The notes beneath the pieces are model-generated. The model saw nothing but the letters and a program-made list of their open reading frames with translations. It had not been told where the DNA came from and made no database searches. Both the position numbers and the translations under genes were made by a program. Positions 16,039 through 25,044 of a DNA stretch of 53,138 nt are shown piece after piece (the first letter of the stretch is position 1; every line of letters starts with the position of its first letter). The DNA comes from a virus (taxonomy: Duplodnaviria; Caudoviricetes), in the IMG/VR virus record IMGVR_UViG_3300036792_000197, positions 1 to 53,138 of that record. One strand, given 5' to 3'.

Positions 16039-17082
16039 ATGCGCTGGCTGGTGATTCACCCGGGCCCCGGGTTCAGTGTGCACGACGTCTACGTCGGCTG
16101 GGTTGAGGCGCTGCGGGCGCTCGGCGAGGACGTGCTGGAGTACAACCTGGGCGACCGGCTGACGGCGTATGACGTGGCGCTGGTCGAGACCGGGAACGTG
16201 GATGCCGCCGGCCATCCCGAAGTGCGGAAGCTGTTTACCCGCGAGCAGGCGATACACCTGGCGGCCGACCGGATCTTCGCCGACTGCATGAAGTGGTGGC
16301 CGCACGTGGTCCTCGGCGTGTCCGCGTTCTTCATCCCGCCGTGGTACCTGGACGTGCTGCAAGACCGGGGAATGAAGACGGTCCTGCTGCACACCGAGTC
16401 GCCGTACCAGGACGACGAGCAGCTGAAGCGGGCGGCGCACGCCAACCTGAACCTGCTCAACGACCCGCAGAACATCGCCGCTTACCGCGACCTCGGCCCG
16501 GCCGAGTACGTGCCGCACGCCTGGCGGCCATCCGTTCATCATCCCGGCCCCGCGCTGCCTGAGCTGAAGTCGGACTTCGCGTTCGTCGGCACCGGCTTCA
16601 AGTCGCGGGTGGAGTTCTTCGAGCGGATGGACTTCTCCGGCCTGGACGTGCTGCTAGCCGGGACGTGGCCCGACCTCGCCGAGGACTCGCCGCTGCGCAA
16701 GCACATGCCGGGCGGCGAGGTGGTGCAGTGCACCGACAACGAGGAAACCGCGGCGATTTACCGCAGCTCGAAAGCCGGAATTAACTTCTACAGGCGCGAG
16801 TCTGAGCCGGGCCACGCGGGCGAGGGCTGGGCAATCGGCCCGCGCGAGATCGAGATGGCGGCTACTCAGCTGTTCTTCTTGAGGGACAAGCGCCCCGAAG
16901 GCGACGAGCTGTTCCCGATGCTGCCGACCTTCGACGGCCCGGAAGACGCGGGCGAAAAGCTCCGCTGGTGGCTGGCGCACGACAGCCAGCGGGAGAAGGC
17001 TGCCGCCGCGGCGAGGGCCGCCGTGGCTGACAGGACGTTCGAAAACCACGCGCGGCGGCTACTTCAGCTGCTCGACAAGTAA
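16039..17082 (+). CDS. GT-B fold glycosyltransferase (CgeB / Glyco_trans_1_2-like)
   Basis: HTESPYQD, YVPHAW.P..H.P, DFAFVGT, IYRSSKAGINFYR, GPREIEMAA, RTFENHARRLL. Confidence 0.85.
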   Translation: MRWLVIHPGPGFSVHDVYVGWVEALRALGEDVLEYNLGDRLTAYDVALVETGNVDAAGHPEVRKLFTREQAIHLAADRIFADCMKWWPHVVLGVSAFFIPPWYLDVLQDRGMKTVLLHTESPYQDDEQLKRAAHANLNLLNDPQNIAAYRDLGPAEYVPHAWRPSVHHPGPALPELKSDFAFVGTGFKSRVEFFERMDFSGLDVLLAGTWPDLAEDSPLRKHMPGGEVVQCTDNEETAAIYRSSKAGINFYRRESEPGHAGEGWAIGPREIEMAATQLFFLRDKRPEGDELFPMLPTFDGPEDAGEKLRWWLAHDSQREKAAAAARAAVADRTFENHARRLLQLLDK

Positions 17083-17094
17083 GGGAGTGACCGC

Positions 17095-17514
17095 ATGCCA
17101 TCACAGAGAGAACACGGCCGGCAGGGCGTCGTATACCTCGGCATCACCCAGTCCGCCGGGGTGTCCGCCGTCGCGACGCCGGTCACGTTCCTGACCGACT
17201 GGACGATGAACAAGACCACCGCCAAGGTCGACGTCACCGCGTTCGGCGACACCAACCTGACGTACGTCGCGGGCCTGCCCGACGCGTCGGGCGATTTCAG
17301 CGGCTGGTATGACTTCTTCACGCCGCAGACCTACACCGCGGCGGGCGACGGAATTCCGCGGAATTTCTATTTGTACCCAAATTCGCTGAATGCTAGCGAC
17401 TATTTTTACGGCCAGATTCTTCCTGATTTTAGCGCGGCGGGCGGCGTAAGCGCCGCGGTGTCACTCAAGTGCACCTGGAATGCGGCGGGGCCGATCAACC
17501 GCGCAGGCATGTAA
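17095..17514 (+). CDS. Major tail (tube) protein
   Basis: HGRQGVVY, W...VDVTAFGDTN.TYVAGLPDASG.FSGWYD, FYLYPN, YFYG. Confidence 0.85.
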   Translation: MPSQREHGRQGVVYLGITQSAGVSAVATPVTFLTDWTMNKTTAKVDVTAFGDTNLTYVAGLPDASGDFSGWYDFFTPQTYTAAGDGIPRNFYLYPNSLNASDYFYGQILPDFSAAGGVSAAVSLKCTWNAAGPINRAGM

Positions 17515-18184
17515 TTCGGCCGTCATTGGCTGAATTCACGAGGTATTCAATCGCGGTCTGAAGAACGGCGATATCGTCGCGGGCGTAGCCGAGCATGGGG
17601 TTGCAGCGGTCGCAGAGCAGTCCGCGTACGGTGCCCGTGGCGTGGTCGTGGTCGACGTTCATCGCGCGCTTGCCGTTGCGGTTCTTGCAGATGGCGCATA
17701 CGCCGCCCTGGGCGTCGAGCATCGCCAGGAACTCGTCGTGAGTGATGCCGTACTCGCGTTCGTACTTCCGGCGGACTATCTGTGCGTTCTCGCGCTGGGG
17801 CCCCTCAGAGCAGTGCTTTTCGCAGTATTTGTGTCCGCGTCCGCGCAGTTTCGGCTCGCCGCATTCCGGCATCTGGCAGGTATTCTTGCCACTGAGGCAG
17901 CGGGTGCAGGTCAGTTTGGTGCTGTGAAAAGTATGACCGCAGACAATGCACGGCCGGTCGGTTGCCTTGCACTCGTAGCATTCAATGTCGAGCCCGCGAA
18001 ATGTCTTACCGCAGGTCGGGCACTCGCGCTCAGTGGTGCGGCAGGGAGTACACCGGAGGCTGCTGTGATGACGGAACGAGCATCCGCAGTCCTTGCAGGT
18101 GCGATCGGTAGTGCGGCAGGCAGAACACGCGCCCGGGTTGCCGCGGAAGGTGCGCCCGCACTGGGTGCACGTAGTCTGATCCAT
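17495..18184 (-). CDS. Free-standing endonuclease VII-family (His-Me) nuclease with tandem Zn-ribbon repeats
   Basis: YGIT..EF..ML..QGGVCAIC, VDHDHATG.VRGLLC..CN..LG; GAGAGG RBS before ATG 18184. Confidence 0.9.
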   Translation of the reverse strand: MDQTTCTQCGRTFRGNPGACSACRTTDRTCKDCGCSFRHHSSLRCTPCRTTERECPTCGKTFRGLDIECYECKATDRPCIVCGHTFHSTKLTCTRCLSGKNTCQMPECGEPKLRGRGHKYCEKHCSEGPQRENAQIVRRKYEREYGITHDEFLAMLDAQGGVCAICKNRNGKRAMNVDHDHATGTVRGLLCDRCNPMLGYARDDIAVLQTAIEYLVNSANDGRITCLRG

Positions 18185-18252
18185 GTCGGACCTCTCGCAT
18201 AGGTTCGGCCACGCCCCGGGCCTGTTCACAGCAGGCGCCGGGGTCTCGCATG
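18185..18252 (-). promoter_or_regulatory. Structured 5' leader (two hairpins) of the endo VII gene
   Basis: CCCCGGCGCCTG-CTGTGAA-CAGGCCCGGGG, then CCGAACCT...AGGTCCG overlapping the RBS. Confidence 0.6.
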
Positions 18253-18278
18253 TCAGTTTACTGGTGAGAGGTGACGTT

Positions 18279-18779
18279 TTGCCTGGTGTCGACGACCTCG
18301 CGTTCGACCTCAACGCCATCGCCGTGCGGCTGCGTGAGCTCGGCGAGACGGGCCTGGTGAGCGAGCTGCAGCGGGAGATCGGCGCCGCGGTAGCGCCGCT
18401 GCCCGCGCGGATCCGCGCGGGCCTGCCCGCTTACCTGCCCAACCGGTACGCCGACGTGCTCGACGCGGACCTGAGCGTCAGCCGCTACACGTTCCTCGGC
18501 GGCGCCGGCGGGGAGGCGCGCGTCAGCGTCTACGCCAGCGCGCGGGTGAAGAAGCGGAAGCTGCGGCAGTCCGACGCCGGGTTCCTGTGGCATCCGCTGT
18601 TCGGCCGGTTCCCGCGCAGCAGCCCCCGGAACCGCTGGTTCGTGAACGAGGCGCCGGGCGAAGGGATGGAGCGGGGCTGGTTCAGCCGGCCCGTGGAGGA
18701 TTCCGTGCCGCAGGTCCGCGACGCGGTGGAGCGGGCGCTGGACAACGTGGTGGAGAAGGCAGTCGGGAAAGGGCTCTGA
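18279..18779 (+). CDS. HK97 gp10-like neck/tail-completion protein
   Basis: GAGAGG RBS + TTG; LRELG...HPLFG...W...GWFSRPV..SVPQVR.AV. Confidence 0.7.
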   Translation: MPGVDDLAFDLNAIAVRLRELGETGLVSELQREIGAAVAPLPARIRAGLPAYLPNRYADVLDADLSVSRYTFLGGAGGEARVSVYASARVKKRKLRQSDAGFLWHPLFGRFPRSSPRNRWFVNEAPGEGMERGWFSRPVEDSVPQVRDAVERALDNVVEKAVGKGL

Positions 18780-19199
18780 GTGAAGATCACTATCAGTGGC
18801 GAGACGTTCGACTTCGACGAGGAGCGGCGGCCGCTGTCGGAGGCGCTGGCGATCGAGAAGGCGTGGGGCAGGCGCTACGCCGAGTGGGAGAGCGAGCTGA
18901 TGGCCGGGTCCGCCGAGGCGACCGCGGTCTTCGTGTGGACGGTGTGGCGCCGCGACGGGCGGGACGTGACGCTGGAGAGCATCCTCAACGGCCAGGTGGA
19001 CTTCGACTACGCGGAGGTCATGGCCAGCCTCGCCGCTGCGGGGGCCGAGCGGGCGAAGGCGGCCGAGGCTGCGGCGCAGGACCCTACGTCCGGGGCATCG
19101 CCCCTTACGGACCCGGATGGCACGGCTACGACGTCAGCCGCTACCTCGGAGCGTTCGCCGAGGTCTTCGGCATCCGCCCGTGGGAAGTCGAGCGGCTGA
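18780..19199 (+). CDS. Tail assembly chaperone (G)
   Basis: Position before the tape measure; EA.AIEKA.G, DPT followed by a Ser/Thr-rich tail. Confidence 0.8.
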   Translation: MKITISGETFDFDEERRPLSEALAIEKAWGRRYAEWESELMAGSAEATAVFVWTVWRRDGRDVTLESILNGQVDFDYAEVMASLAAAGAERAKAAEAAAQDPTSGASPLTDPDGTATTSAATSERSPRSSASARGKSSG

Positions 19200-19252
19200 G
19201 CACGGACGAGTTCGACGCGCTGGCTGAGTACCTCGAGGCGAAGGGCGGCTAG
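19080..19252 (+). CDS. Tail assembly chaperone GT extension (-1 frame)
   Basis: YLGAFAEVFGIRPWEVERLSTDEFDAL in the -1 frame with no nearby start codon of its own. Confidence 0.65.
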
Positions 19253-19665
19253 CCGGCCGTGAGGCTGACCGGGCCGCTGGCGCTGGTCACCCAGCTAGTC
19301 CCGGTAACCCCGGCGACCTGGAGGCCGTAGCGCGGCTCGGCCGGGACGCCGGAGACGGTGAACGGCATGTCGCAGCGGTAGGCGGTGGTACCGGAGGCCT
19401 TCACGGTGTCGCGGTTCCACTGGCCGAGCGTCCCGGTGCCGATCACCTTCCCGGACGGGTCGGTGACGGTGACCTGCGTGCCGGGCCCCGGGCTGGCCGC
19501 CACGCAGGAGGCGTAGGCGGTGCCGTTGACGCCGGTGCCGAAGACGGACGAGGCGGCCGACGACGGGGTGAGGGTGCCGCGGATCGTGACCGGGGCCGGG
19601 CTTGAGCTGCACGCAGCGGCCAACGGCACGGCGAGCAGGACGGCGATGAACAGGAGCTTGCGCAC
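19249..19665 (-). CDS. Lipoprotein moron inserted antisense in the tail operon
   Basis: MRK + hydrophobic stretch + lipobox LAAAC-SSS; CACACT -10-like hexamer 6 nt upstream. Confidence 0.8.
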   Translation of the reverse strand: MRKLLFIAVLLAVPLAAACSSSPAPVTIRGTLTPSSAASSVFGTGVNGTAYASCVAASPGPGTQVTVTDPSGKVIGTGTLGQWNRDTVKASGTTAYRCDMPFTVSGVPAEPRYGLQVAGVTGTSWVTSASGPVSLTAG

Positions 19666-19712
19666 GGTCTCAGTGTGAACCGGGCGCGGCGCGACATCAA
19701 GGGGAGGGCCGG

Positions 19713-22700
19713 TTGGCCGGGTCGCAGACGCTCGCCTTTAATATCCTCGGAAACGCCTCCTCGGCTACCGGTGCCTTCAAGGACACCGCCGCCACGGCGG
19801 CGCTGGCCGCCAAGGGCGTCACCGCGGCGTCGGACGCCATGAAGCTGCAGGCGAAGTCGGCGGAGGTGTCGGCGGGGGCGACGCTGGCGCTGGCCAGGGC
19901 GGACAAGGTCCTGGCTGACGCGGAACTCGGCCTGGCCCGGGACATCGCGGTCGCGAACGCGGTGCTGGGCAAGCAGAACGTCGCGCTGCTCGGCAACGGC
20001 ACCGCGGGGGCGGTTGGCTCGATGCTGTCGGCCGCCGCGTCGGGGAAGGCCCCGTCGTCGGGCGGGGGCGGCGGCGGCGTCGCGCCGGGCCTGGCGATGG
20101 CGGCCGCGGCGATGGGCATCGCGAGCAAGAACTCGCGGCTGCTGAATGACTCGATCAGCTCGGGTACCCCGGTGTGGGACGGCGCCCGCAAGGGGATCTT
20201 CGGGCTGAACGGGGAGCTGCAGCTGTTCGGCGGGGCGCTGACGAGCGTCGGCATCCCGAAGGTGCTGTCGGCCGCGAGTACCGTTCACCTGCTGACCGAG
20301 GCCGTGATCGAGACGTCCGGGACGCTGATCCCGGCCGCCATCGCGTTCTCCGCCTTCGGCATCGCCGCCGTCCCGACGGCGCAGGCCATCTACACCCAGA
20401 TGAGCAACCTGCACACCGTGACGACGGCGCTCGGGACGCAGATGCCGGGGCTGTCCGGCGGGTTCTCCAAGATGGCCGCCGCCGTGCAGCCGCAGGTATA
20501 CACCCTGTTCGGCGAGGCCCTGGTCTTCGCGAACAGCGGCACGGGGCAGTTCCAGAAGCTGGCGACCGGGGCGGGGAAGGTGCTCGACGACCTGGGCGCC
20601 CGGTTCGTGTTCGCGACCACGCAGGGCAAGGGCTTTTCCACGTTCGCGGACAAGGCGACGTCTGACCTGTCGGCGTGGGGGACCGGGATCGGGAACGTCG
20701 GCGGGATCATCGGGAACCTGCTGAAGGTGCTGCCCGGCTACGCGGAGCAGCTCGCGTCGGTGTTCGACGGGGTCACCCACGCGATCGAGGTGGTGACCGG
20801 GTCGCCGCTGGGGTCCTGGGTCCTGGGGATCGGCCTGGCGGCGCACGGGGCGCTGTTCTACATCGGGCTGCTCGGCACCGGGCTGGCGGTGCTGGCCTCA
20901 CGGGGGCTGGCGCTGGTGGCGACGGGGTCGCTTTCCGCGGCGGGGGCCGTGGAGGGCCTCGGCGTGGCCGGGGAGGCGGCCTCCGGCGGCCTGCTGGCGT
21001 TCGGCGCGGCAGCTGAAGGGGCGGCGGCGCTGCCGTGGGGGTGGATCTCCATCGCCGCGGCCGGGCTCGTGTTCTTCGCCTACCAGATGTCCAAGGCGAA
21101 GGACGCCACGCAGCAGTTTTACGCCGCGACGCAGCAGGCCATAGCGAACTCCTCGCTGCAGAGCCTGCAGGCCACCATCAGCGCGGCGCAGGCGGCCAGC
21201 CTCGCCGAGGTCGCGAAGAACAGCGCCGCGGCCGCCTCCGCGAATAACGCGCTCAACGCCTCCCTCAAGGCCGGCACCCCGATCGTCAACGTGCACACCG
21301 GCGAGCTGAGCAAGCAGGAGCAGGCGCTGGCCGGCTCGGTGCAGCAGCAGCAGGAGGCGGTCGCCGGGAACAACCAGATCAACGCCACCTCGGCGCTCGT
21401 CGCCGGCCGCATGGCGGCCCTCGCCAAGGCGTACGGCGGCACCGGGGGGGCACTGGCGCTGCTGAACGAGGCCGGGATCACCAGCGCGCAGATCACCGAC
21501 ACCAACACGCAGCACTGGGCGCAGTCGCTGATCGAGATCAAGGCGCAGGCCGTCGCGCTGAACGAGATGTCGATCGGCGCGGGCCGCACCGCCGCCGGGA
21601 TGAACGCGCTGGGCAACGCCTTCCTCACCGGGCCGCTCCCGGCGATACAGAAGATGACTCAGGCCGAGGACAGCCTGCTCAGCGTGATCACCGGGGGCGA
21701 GCAGGGGTTCGTCAGCTTCCAGCAGTCGATCGGCCAGATCGGCAGCGACCTGAACTCGGCGGGCACCTCGCTCAAGGGGCTGAGCACGTCCAGCTCGTGG
21801 GACTCGCTCAACCAGGCGGCGGCGACGCTCGGCGTGAATATCAACGGGCTCGGCAAGAGCCAGGCCCTGACCGCGCTTAAAAACGCGGTGGACGCGACGC
21901 GGGGCAGCGTCGGCGGCCTGTCCACGGCGAGCCTCACCCTGTCGGGCGACTTCTACAACTCGGTCATCCCGGCCGCGCAGAAGATGTTCGACGCGCTCCA
22001 GTCCCAGAACATCTCGACGGGCAACCTGAACAAGGTCGTCGCCACCAGCGCCGAGCAGATGCTGACCTACGCGGGCAGCAACACCGCGGCCCGGTCAGTG
22101 ATCGTGGACCTGGTCAACAACGCGCTCGGCCCGGGGACGACCACCCTCAAGAGCCTGAACCAGTGGGTCGGCACCAACTCGGTGTCGCTGGACACGATGA
22201 ACGGCATCGTCGCCCAGTCGACCATCAACGCCGGCAAGCTGGCCGGGGTGCTGTCCAGCACCCTGCAGAGCATGGAAGCCATCGCGCTGTTCCAGGCGCA
22301 CGGCGGCCAGAAGGCGTGGAACGACTTCACGACCGACCTGACCACCGGCCAGACCAAGTCGGCCGACTTCAAGAAGGCCACCCAGGACGTCATCGCCCAG
22401 CTGCTCATCCAGACGAACGGGTCGCTGCCCAACGCCAAGAAGGCGTTCGAGGACTATGTCAAGAACGGGCTGCACCTGAGCCAGCAGGCGGCCGACACGC
22501 TGTGGAAGCAGACCCTCCCGTCGCTGGCGGGGAAGGTCAGCGGGACCGGCACGGCGGCGCTGGCCGCCGGCGCCCTGATTGACAAGCAGTTCACGGGCGC
22601 GCTGCGCGCCATCATCAACGTGTCGCCGGGGCTGAACAAGGACATCGGCACCTTCAGCAACTCCATCATCACCACCGGGGACAGCAGCACCCGGACCCAG

Positions 22701-23786
22701 GGCGCACGGGCGAAGCTCATCGCGGACCTGCGGCAGGCGGGGCTGGACGGGAAGACGGCCGCCGGGCTGGTCCAGGGCCTGCAGGACAAGATCGACGCGA
22801 TGCACGGCAAGACGGTGCCCGTGAATGTCACCATCGGCGGCGAGGGCGCGATCGTGGCGTCCGCCGTCGGGCTTCAGGCGAGGGTCTTCAGGCTGAGCCA
22901 CCTGGCGGAAGGCGGCCAGGTCACCGGGGGCACCCCGGGTAAGGACAGCGTGCCGGGCCTGCTCATGCCGGGCGAGGTCGTCGTGCCGACCGCGATGGTG
23001 AACGCCGGGGCAGTCGATCACCTGCGCGGCAAGCTCCCGGGTTTCGCAGCCGGCGGCCTGGTTGACGCGGCGCCGTTTGCGGGAAGCGCGGCGAGCGACG
23101 CGACCGGCGGCTGGGCCGGGACGTGGGTACAGGGCGAGGTAGCCGCGTTCATCAATGCGACCAAGGCCGCCGCTGCCGCCGCGGCGAAGGCGACAGCATC
23201 CGCGAACGCCTTTACCGCCACGCAGGGGGCATCCGGCGGCTTCATCCAGTCGCTGATGCGCAACATGACCATCGCCCGCGGGTGGGGCGCTTACTGGCCT
23301 CAGCAGGCGGCGCTGGAAACGCGCGAGGCCGGGTGGAGCCTGACCGCCCGCAACCCGACCAGCGGCGCGTACGGGCTCGCGCAGTTCATCAACGGGCCCA
23401 GCGAGTACGCCCAGTACGGCGGTAACTCCACCACCGCGATCGGCCAGATCACCGGGATGCTGAACTACGAGGCCCAGCGGTACGGGAACCCGGCCAACGC
23501 GTGGGCGCACGAGGTCGCGTTCGGCTGGTACGGGAACGGCCTCGACGCGGTGGTCAGCAAGCCGACGCTGATCGGCGTGGGGGAGCGCGGCCGCGAGCAC
23601 GTCCAGGTCACGCCGATGGTTCCCGGGCGCAGCACGGGCAGCGGCGATATCCACCTGCACCTCGACAACCACGGGGTGATCGGGTCGAAGGCCGAGCTGA
23701 ACAGCTGGCTTACGGGCAGCATCAACGACCTCGCCCGCGGCGGTTACCTCCGGTACGCGCTCACCCAGTCGCCGTCGGCGCGCTGA
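19713..23786 (+). CDS. Tape measure protein with C-terminal lytic transglycosylase-like domain
   Basis: 1357 aa, Ala/Gly-rich helical; GGTPGKDSVP.LLMPGE; REAGW...ARNPTSGAYGLAQF...RYG.P..AW.HE. Confidence 0.93.
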   Translation: MAGSQTLAFNILGNASSATGAFKDTAATAALAAKGVTAASDAMKLQAKSAEVSAGATLALARADKVLADAELGLARDIAVANAVLGKQNVALLGNGTAGAVGSMLSAAASGKAPSSGGGGGGVAPGLAMAAAAMGIASKNSRLLNDSISSGTPVWDGARKGIFGLNGELQLFGGALTSVGIPKVLSAASTVHLLTEAVIETSGTLIPAAIAFSAFGIAAVPTAQAIYTQMSNLHTVTTALGTQMPGLSGGFSKMAAAVQPQVYTLFGEALVFANSGTGQFQKLATGAGKVLDDLGARFVFATTQGKGFSTFADKATSDLSAWGTGIGNVGGIIGNLLKVLPGYAEQLASVFDGVTHAIEVVTGSPLGSWVLGIGLAAHGALFYIGLLGTGLAVLASRGLALVATGSLSAAGAVEGLGVAGEAASGGLLAFGAAAEGAAALPWGWISIAAAGLVFFAYQMSKAKDATQQFYAATQQAIANSSLQSLQATISAAQAASLAEVAKNSAAAASANNALNASLKAGTPIVNVHTGELSKQEQALAGSVQQQQEAVAGNNQINATSALVAGRMAALAKAYGGTGGALALLNEAGITSAQITDTNTQHWAQSLIEIKAQAVALNEMSIGAGRTAAGMNALGNAFLTGPLPAIQKMTQAEDSLLSVITGGEQGFVSFQQSIGQIGSDLNSAGTSLKGLSTSSSWDSLNQAAATLGVNINGLGKSQALTALKNAVDATRGSVGGLSTASLTLSGDFYNSVIPAAQKMFDALQSQNISTGNLNKVVATSAEQMLTYAGSNTAARSVIVDLVNNALGPGTTTLKSLNQWVGTNSVSLDTMNGIVAQSTINAGKLAGVLSSTLQSMEAIALFQAHGGQKAWNDFTTDLTTGQTKSADFKKATQDVIAQLLIQTNGSLPNAKKAFEDYVKNGLHLSQQAADTLWKQTLPSLAGKVSGTGTAALAAGALIDKQFTGALRAIINVSPGLNKDIGTFSNSIITTGDSSTRTQGARAKLIADLRQAGLDGKTAAGLVQGLQDKIDAMHGKTVPVNVTIGGEGAIVASAVGLQARVFRLSHLAEGGQVTGGTPGKDSVPGLLMPGEVVVPTAMVNAGAVDHLRGKLPGFAAGGLVDAAPFAGSAASDATGGWAGTWVQGEVAAFINATKAAAAAAAKATASANAFTATQGASGGFIQSLMRNMTIARGWGAYWPQQAALETREAGWSLTARNPTSGAYGLAQFINGPSEYAQYGGNSTTAIGQITGMLNYEAQRYGNPANAWAHEVAFGWYGNGLDAVVSKPTLIGVGERGREHVQVTPMVPGRSTGSGDIHLHLDNHGVIGSKAELNSWLTGSINDLARGGYLRYALTQSPSAR

Positions 23787-23804
23787 CCAGGATAAGGGGC
23801 GGTA

Positions 23805-25040
23805 ATGACCGACTACTCGATCGGCGGCAGCAGCGGCACGACGGGGCTGTCGAACTGGACGAGCCCGACGGCGGCCGGGAAGCTCGCCCTTGTCGACCCC
23901 TCGGACACGACCACGAATCCGCACGGCTCGGCCGGCGCGGACAAGTGGGCGTCGGTCGGGCAGCTGCTCGGCGTCGCCAACTACTACTTCCCGAGCGGCG
24001 ACACGTCGGGCGTCACCGATCCCGGTGCCATCAACACGATCCTGGCGGCAGGCGACCCGGTCGTCCTGCTGCCCAAGGCGGCCGGGAACAACTACTACGT
24101 CAAGACCAAGATCACGCCGGTCACCGGGTCGTTCCTCGGCAGCGAGCAGGCGTGGGCGGGCTCTGAGCACGACAACTACGGGGCTGGCACGGGCCAGCCT
24201 GGCGGCGCGGTCCTGTGGATGGTCAGCGGCTTCAGCGACCCGTACGCCATCGACATGTACAACACGACGACGACGCAGGCGTACGGGGCCGACATCGCCG
24301 GGCTGACGATCTACGGGGAAGCCGTCCCCAACGCCTCCGGGTCAGGCGGCATCCGCATCCACGGGGCGTGGGGCGCGGGCTACATCCGGCACGTGGCCGT
24401 GCTGGGGGTTGTCGGTGACTGCCTGCGCTGCGAGGGAGACGGCACCACCGGGAAGGTCGTGGACGAGTACCGCTTCGAGTGGCTCAAGCTGTCCGGATCC
24501 TACCTGGGCAACGGCTTCTGGGCGGACAACATCCCGGACTCCTCGCTGCTGCACGTCCACACCTCGAACAACCTGCTCGACGGCATCCGCATGGGCTGGT
24601 CGACGAACACGCGGCTGGACCACCCTAAGAGCGAGCAGAACGGGCAGGCGGGCTATCACTTCACCGGCACGGGCGGCACCGGCGACGTGGTGACGATCAC
24701 CGCCGCTACCAGCCACGTGAACAACCAGGACGGGATGCTGTTCGACCACACCACGCCGGGCGAGGGCGGCTCGGGCACCTACCAGCTCGTCAACTGCGCC
24801 ATGGTGAATGACGGCCAGTCTGGCGGCACCACCTACGCCGGGTACCGGAGCAACGGGTGCACCGACCGGATCATGGCGGTCGGCTGCTCATCCCAGCAGG
24901 CGTATTACGGCGCAGCAGAGATCGCCACCTCCTACGGGATGTGCTTCACCGCCTCGTGGCTGACCGGCACGGGCGCGGCCACCTTCGATGACGGCAGCAA
25001 CACGCACGCGCTGGTGAACCAGTCGCCGGTGCCGTGGTGA
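23805..25040 (+). CDS. Right-handed beta-helix tailspike / polysaccharide depolymerase
   Basis: PSGDTSGVTD..AIN pectate-lyase-3-like start; repeated N..DG / NG..G coils. Confidence 0.75.
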   Translation: MTDYSIGGSSGTTGLSNWTSPTAAGKLALVDPSDTTTNPHGSAGADKWASVGQLLGVANYYFPSGDTSGVTDPGAINTILAAGDPVVLLPKAAGNNYYVKTKITPVTGSFLGSEQAWAGSEHDNYGAGTGQPGGAVLWMVSGFSDPYAIDMYNTTTTQAYGADIAGLTIYGEAVPNASGSGGIRIHGAWGAGYIRHVAVLGVVGDCLRCEGDGTTGKVVDEYRFEWLKLSGSYLGNGFWADNIPDSSLLHVHTSNNLLDGIRMGWSTNTRLDHPKSEQNGQAGYHFTGTGGTGDVVTITAATSHVNNQDGMLFDHTTPGEGGSGTYQLVNCAMVNDGQSGGTTYAGYRSNGCTDRIMAVGCSSQQAYYGAAEIATSYGMCFTASWLTGTGAATFDDGSNTHALVNQSPVPW

Positions 25041-25044
25041 GCCT

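Noticed and set aside
17495-18184. Endo VII as the phage Holliday-junction resolvase
   Set aside because: Antisense insertion in the tail operon, lower GC, own leader and DNA-binding repeats fit a mobile endonuclease better
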